A DNA stretch of 64,000 nt from Lytechinus pictus (lineage: Eukaryota): positions 994,001-1,058,000 of the forward strand of contig NW_026974140.1 in assembly GCF_037042905.1 (NCBI RefSeq), in the 5' to 3' direction. Below, in pieces: positions 61,071 to 64,000 of the stretch (its first letter is position 1; every line of letters begins with the position of its first letter). Position numbers and translations under genes: made by a program. The notes beneath the pieces were generated by a model, which saw nothing but the letters and a program-made list of their open reading frames with translations, was not told where the DNA came from and did no database searches.

Positions 61071-61246
61071 TTTGGCAATATTTGATCCAAGTAGGCATGT
61101 AATTTTCCACCAAAATATAGTATGTTTTCAGGAGCTCACTCAAGAGTGCTACCGCTCTGTCGACATCGCGTTTTTGGCTCCAGCTGTTCCGCTGAACTCC
61201 GTTGGCTCCACTCACCAAATACAGAGACCGAAGTTCTAGCTCGATC

Positions 61247-63208
61247 TGTACAGGGACTCAATGGCCATATGTTTAAGTATTAAGTTCCAATAAAACAGGG
61301 AAGTGAAGTTGCGCGACAGCCGAAGTAAGTCACTGTTTTTCCCCCTTTTAAGTTTATTTTCACCCGTTTTTGGTGCATTTTAGGACAAGACAGAATAATA
61401 ATCTTTATTTTGGTACGGTTCCTTTCATATATTTTTATGAAATAAAGACAAAAATCGATGAGCCCCGTCTGGGGGATTTTGCATTGCTAACCCCCTAATG
61501 GTGGCTGCACGATAGCGAGCCGTCTGTGTATGAGGAGAAATAAAAATGTTTAAAAACTCCTCGAAACAGACGGCTGCCAGCTGTCTAATACGTAATAAGC
61601 TGTGAGGACGATCTTTCCGATCAGCGTTTTAAAATTTTGCTCTTAATTATTGTCCATTTCTCATAAAATTGGTCTTATTTTATAGATAAAAGGGCCATAT
61701 CGTGTTTTAAGTAACTGGAGACCTAAAATATTCCCTACCTAAATTCACGAGACATTGCATTAGGTGATGTGCTTGATTGATCTATTTTGTGCTCGCGTGC
61801 GAAAGGTATACGTTGAGCTGAACGGGGAGTCTTTCTCTCTCTCTGTCTTTCCTACCTTCGCAAAATTAAAACAGTCCCTCGATCGGACACAGTTATTTAG
61901 ACGCAGGACAAATAATGCTCTGACAATTAAACTAACTTCTCGTCAGCATCAGTAAAAATGTGAATCGGCTTTTAAAACTAATACTAAAACTGATCTAAAA
62001 TCGATCTTAGATCGATTTTATTATTGTTTAAACAAGTTAACACCTAGTTACCAATAATGCATGTAGCATTTCCATTTATTTGAAAGCAGGATAAAAGAGC
62101 AGGCTAAAATTGATTTTAAAATTCCATTTTAAATCAATTTTAAAATCGTAATTGTACCTGTCCTAATTATTTCATCAACCCCTCTTTTCCCTGCTCTTCA
62201 AAACCATTCTGCCACTTTTAGACAGTTATAATTTTAAAATCGATTTTAAGATCGTATTTAAAAATTCGATTTTAAAAGCTCAAACATATATAAGACAGTC
62301 GGCTAGCCACGATATCGCCTTATCAATCCCTATTATTTAATCCTCCTTTAGGGCTCTCCTGTATTAAAAAAACATTAAAATCCCATAGACGGAGCCCTAA
62401 AGGAGGACTAAATAATAAGGATTAACAAGGCGATATCGTGGCTTAGCCAACTTTCTGAAAGTGGCAGGGTGGTTTTGAAGAGGAGGGAAAAGAGGGGTTG
62501 ATGGTAAAATTCGGTTGATTACGAATTTAAAATTGATTATAAAATCGATTTTGAAATCAATTTTACAATCGATTGTAAAATCGTATTTCAAATTGGTTTT
62601 AAAAGCTCAAACATTTTCCAAGACAGTTGGCTAGCCACGATATCGCCTTGTCTTGAAAAATGTTTGAGCTTTTAAAATCAATTTAAGATACAATTTTAAA
62701 ATCGATTTTAGAATTATAACTGTCTAAAAGTGGCAAAGTGATTTTGAAGAGAAGGGAAAAGAGGGGTTGATGGAATAATTAGGGCAGGTATAATTACGAT
62801 TTTAAAATTGATTTTAAAACGATTTAAAATCAATTTCAAAATCGATTTAAGTTCAATATAAGATCCATTTTAGTTTTAGTCTTAAAAGACCATTCACATT
62901 TTTGCTGATGCTGATGAGAAGTTAGTTTTGGTTGTCAGAGCATTATTTGTCCTGCGTCTAAACTGTGTATGAGGGACTGTTTTAATATCGGAAGGTAGGA
63001 GAGAGAGAGAGAATTTTAGGTGGTTTCATGTACATGTGCGATTCTTGTCAGCGCATGGGGGGCCTTCGCGTAATAAAAGAAGTGTCAAGGTAATTTTATG
63101 AATTATTGTCTCTATTTCCGTTCTTTTCTGTTTTATATTGTTGATGGAGTTGTTGTGATAGTCATACCAGGAATGGTATTTTCTTAAGATTCCCTCCCTG
63201 ATATGACA
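61247..63208 (+). mobile_element. Putative 5' LTR of a Gypsy retrotransposon (contains a foldback insertion)
   Basis: Ends ..tatgaCA two bases before a PBS; AATAAA at ~63072. The left boundary (TGTACAGGGA) is tentative. Confidence 0.55.
61833..63013. mobile_element. 1.18-kb foldback element with (TC)n/(GA)n ends
   Basis: tcctaccttc..aaaacagtccctc..tttagacgcaggacaaataatgctctgacaa is mirrored at 62890-63013; aaatcgatttt subrepeats. Confidence 0.85.
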
Positions 63209-63210
63209 TA

Positions 63211-63228
63211 TGGGGGCTTGTCCGAAAT
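63211..63228 (+). promoter_or_regulatory. Primer-binding site complementary to the tRNA-Pro 3' end
   Basis: tgggggcttgtccgaaat vs canonical TGGGGGCTCGTCCGGGAT (15/18 match), 2 nt after TGACA. Confidence 0.8.
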
Positions 63229-63893
63229 ATAATTTTACAAGCCATTTTTCTTGCTCGGGTTGTGTCCGATCTCGCTTTGGTTTACGTGATTGTCCCACGT
63301 ATCTAATTTGATGTCGGGTTTATCTCTGCTTTGGCATTTGCCTACTAGTCTCGGCCACTTCTGACATCTGTACTACATGTAGCTACGTAGCGTAGGCGTT
63401 GTTTGTGATCTCGATTTCAGGATTTATGTCTATTTATTAAATAGCTTGTACTTCAGTCGTTGCCTGGTGCTATTTAATATTCTTACTGTACACTTTTCAG
63501 GACATTTTTCGTCACGATTCTGCTCTGTTCATTGCCTGGATGAGTTTGGCCGGCAAGAACAGACTTCATTTCGTAACGTTGTCTTCTTCGGTGATTTAGA
63601 CCTATCCTTGATTCTTTAGTCAATCTAGGTCCTATGCCATTCTAGAGCCTTAGAGTTAGATGAGTTTTTTATGTGACTTTTTTTGTCTCTTGTTAGACTG
63701 GGTCATACTATTTTGACATTAGGCCTAAACTTATGCCTGGTTTCGAAACTGAAGCACGTGTGACATAGCCTGGGCCGTGGCATGGGCGCATGACATTTTA
63801 ATGATTTTTTTTAGACAGTGTTCTGTTAGATCTCCTAAATACTTGTTTCTTTTTATTCTTCTTTTTTTCTGTCGATTTACTGGATAGAGAAAT

Positions 63894-64000
63894 ATGGCAC
63901 AGTTTAATGTAGATACGTTTTTTAAGGCAGACCTTACACTCGTTGGCTTGCGTCAGCTGCATAAAGATGATCTGATAGCGGTTGGACAGAAAATGTCGCT
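63894..64000 (+). CDS. Start of Gypsy gag-like ORF (runs off the window)
   Basis: MAQFNVDTFFKADLTLVGLRQLHKDDLIAVGQKMS resembles the F...F.....L..L.KDDL..IA N-terminus of aquatic-animal Gypsy Gag, and lies downstream of the PBS. Confidence 0.68.
   Translation, partial: MAQFNVDTFFKADLTLVGLRQLHKDDLIAVGQKMS

Larger units (their letters stand above)
45895..61184 (-). mobile_element. Near-full-length L2-group (Crack/Daphne-like) LINE, ~7.0 kb after removing an 8.3-kb insertion
   Basis: Short 5' UTR, split ORF1, 2.3-kb spacer, APE-RT ORF2, 3' stem-loop and (GAAAT)n tail, all on the minus strand. Weak 4-bp TSD tgtt (45891-45894 / 61185-61188). That ORF1 and ORF2 belong to one element is inferred. 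Confidence 0.75.

Overview
AT-rich eukaryotic DNA, most likely from a marine invertebrate. The repeat families look sea-urchin-like, but that is an inference. There are no prokaryotic genes, no CRISPR array and no securely identifiable host gene. Nearly the whole window is nested transposable elements, and most can be unpicked from TIRs, target-site duplications (TSDs) and interrupted reading frames. Main structures: (1) A young, near-full-length L2-group (Crack/Daphne-like) LINE on the minus strand (45895-61184). Its ORF1 is split by an 8.3-kb PIF/Harbinger-type element. Its ORF2 lies about 2.3 kb downstream of ORF1, has no ATG at its apparent start, and begins right at a strong 3' splice site that is phase-compatible with a donor in ORF1 codon 15. 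(2) Two ~14-kb CMC/EnSpm-like elements (14928-29330 and 31477-45424) with 2-bp TSDs, subterminal repeat arrays and remnants of a similar intron-containing accessory gene, but no recognisable transposase. (3) A four-level nest: L2 > EnSpm-like > palindromic element > Harbinger-like. (4) Many MITEs, including Kolobok-like and piggyBac-like TTAA elements chained at shared TTAA sites, hAT-like 8-bp-TSD elements, Academ-like TAG..CTA elements and Helentron/HINE-like elements. (5) A tRNA-derived SINE interrupted by a solo LTR, a back-to-back tRNA-Thr palindrome, and the 5' end of a Gypsy element (tRNA-Pro PBS plus gag start) at the right edge. All family names come from termini, TSDs and motif recognition by eye; no database searches were run.
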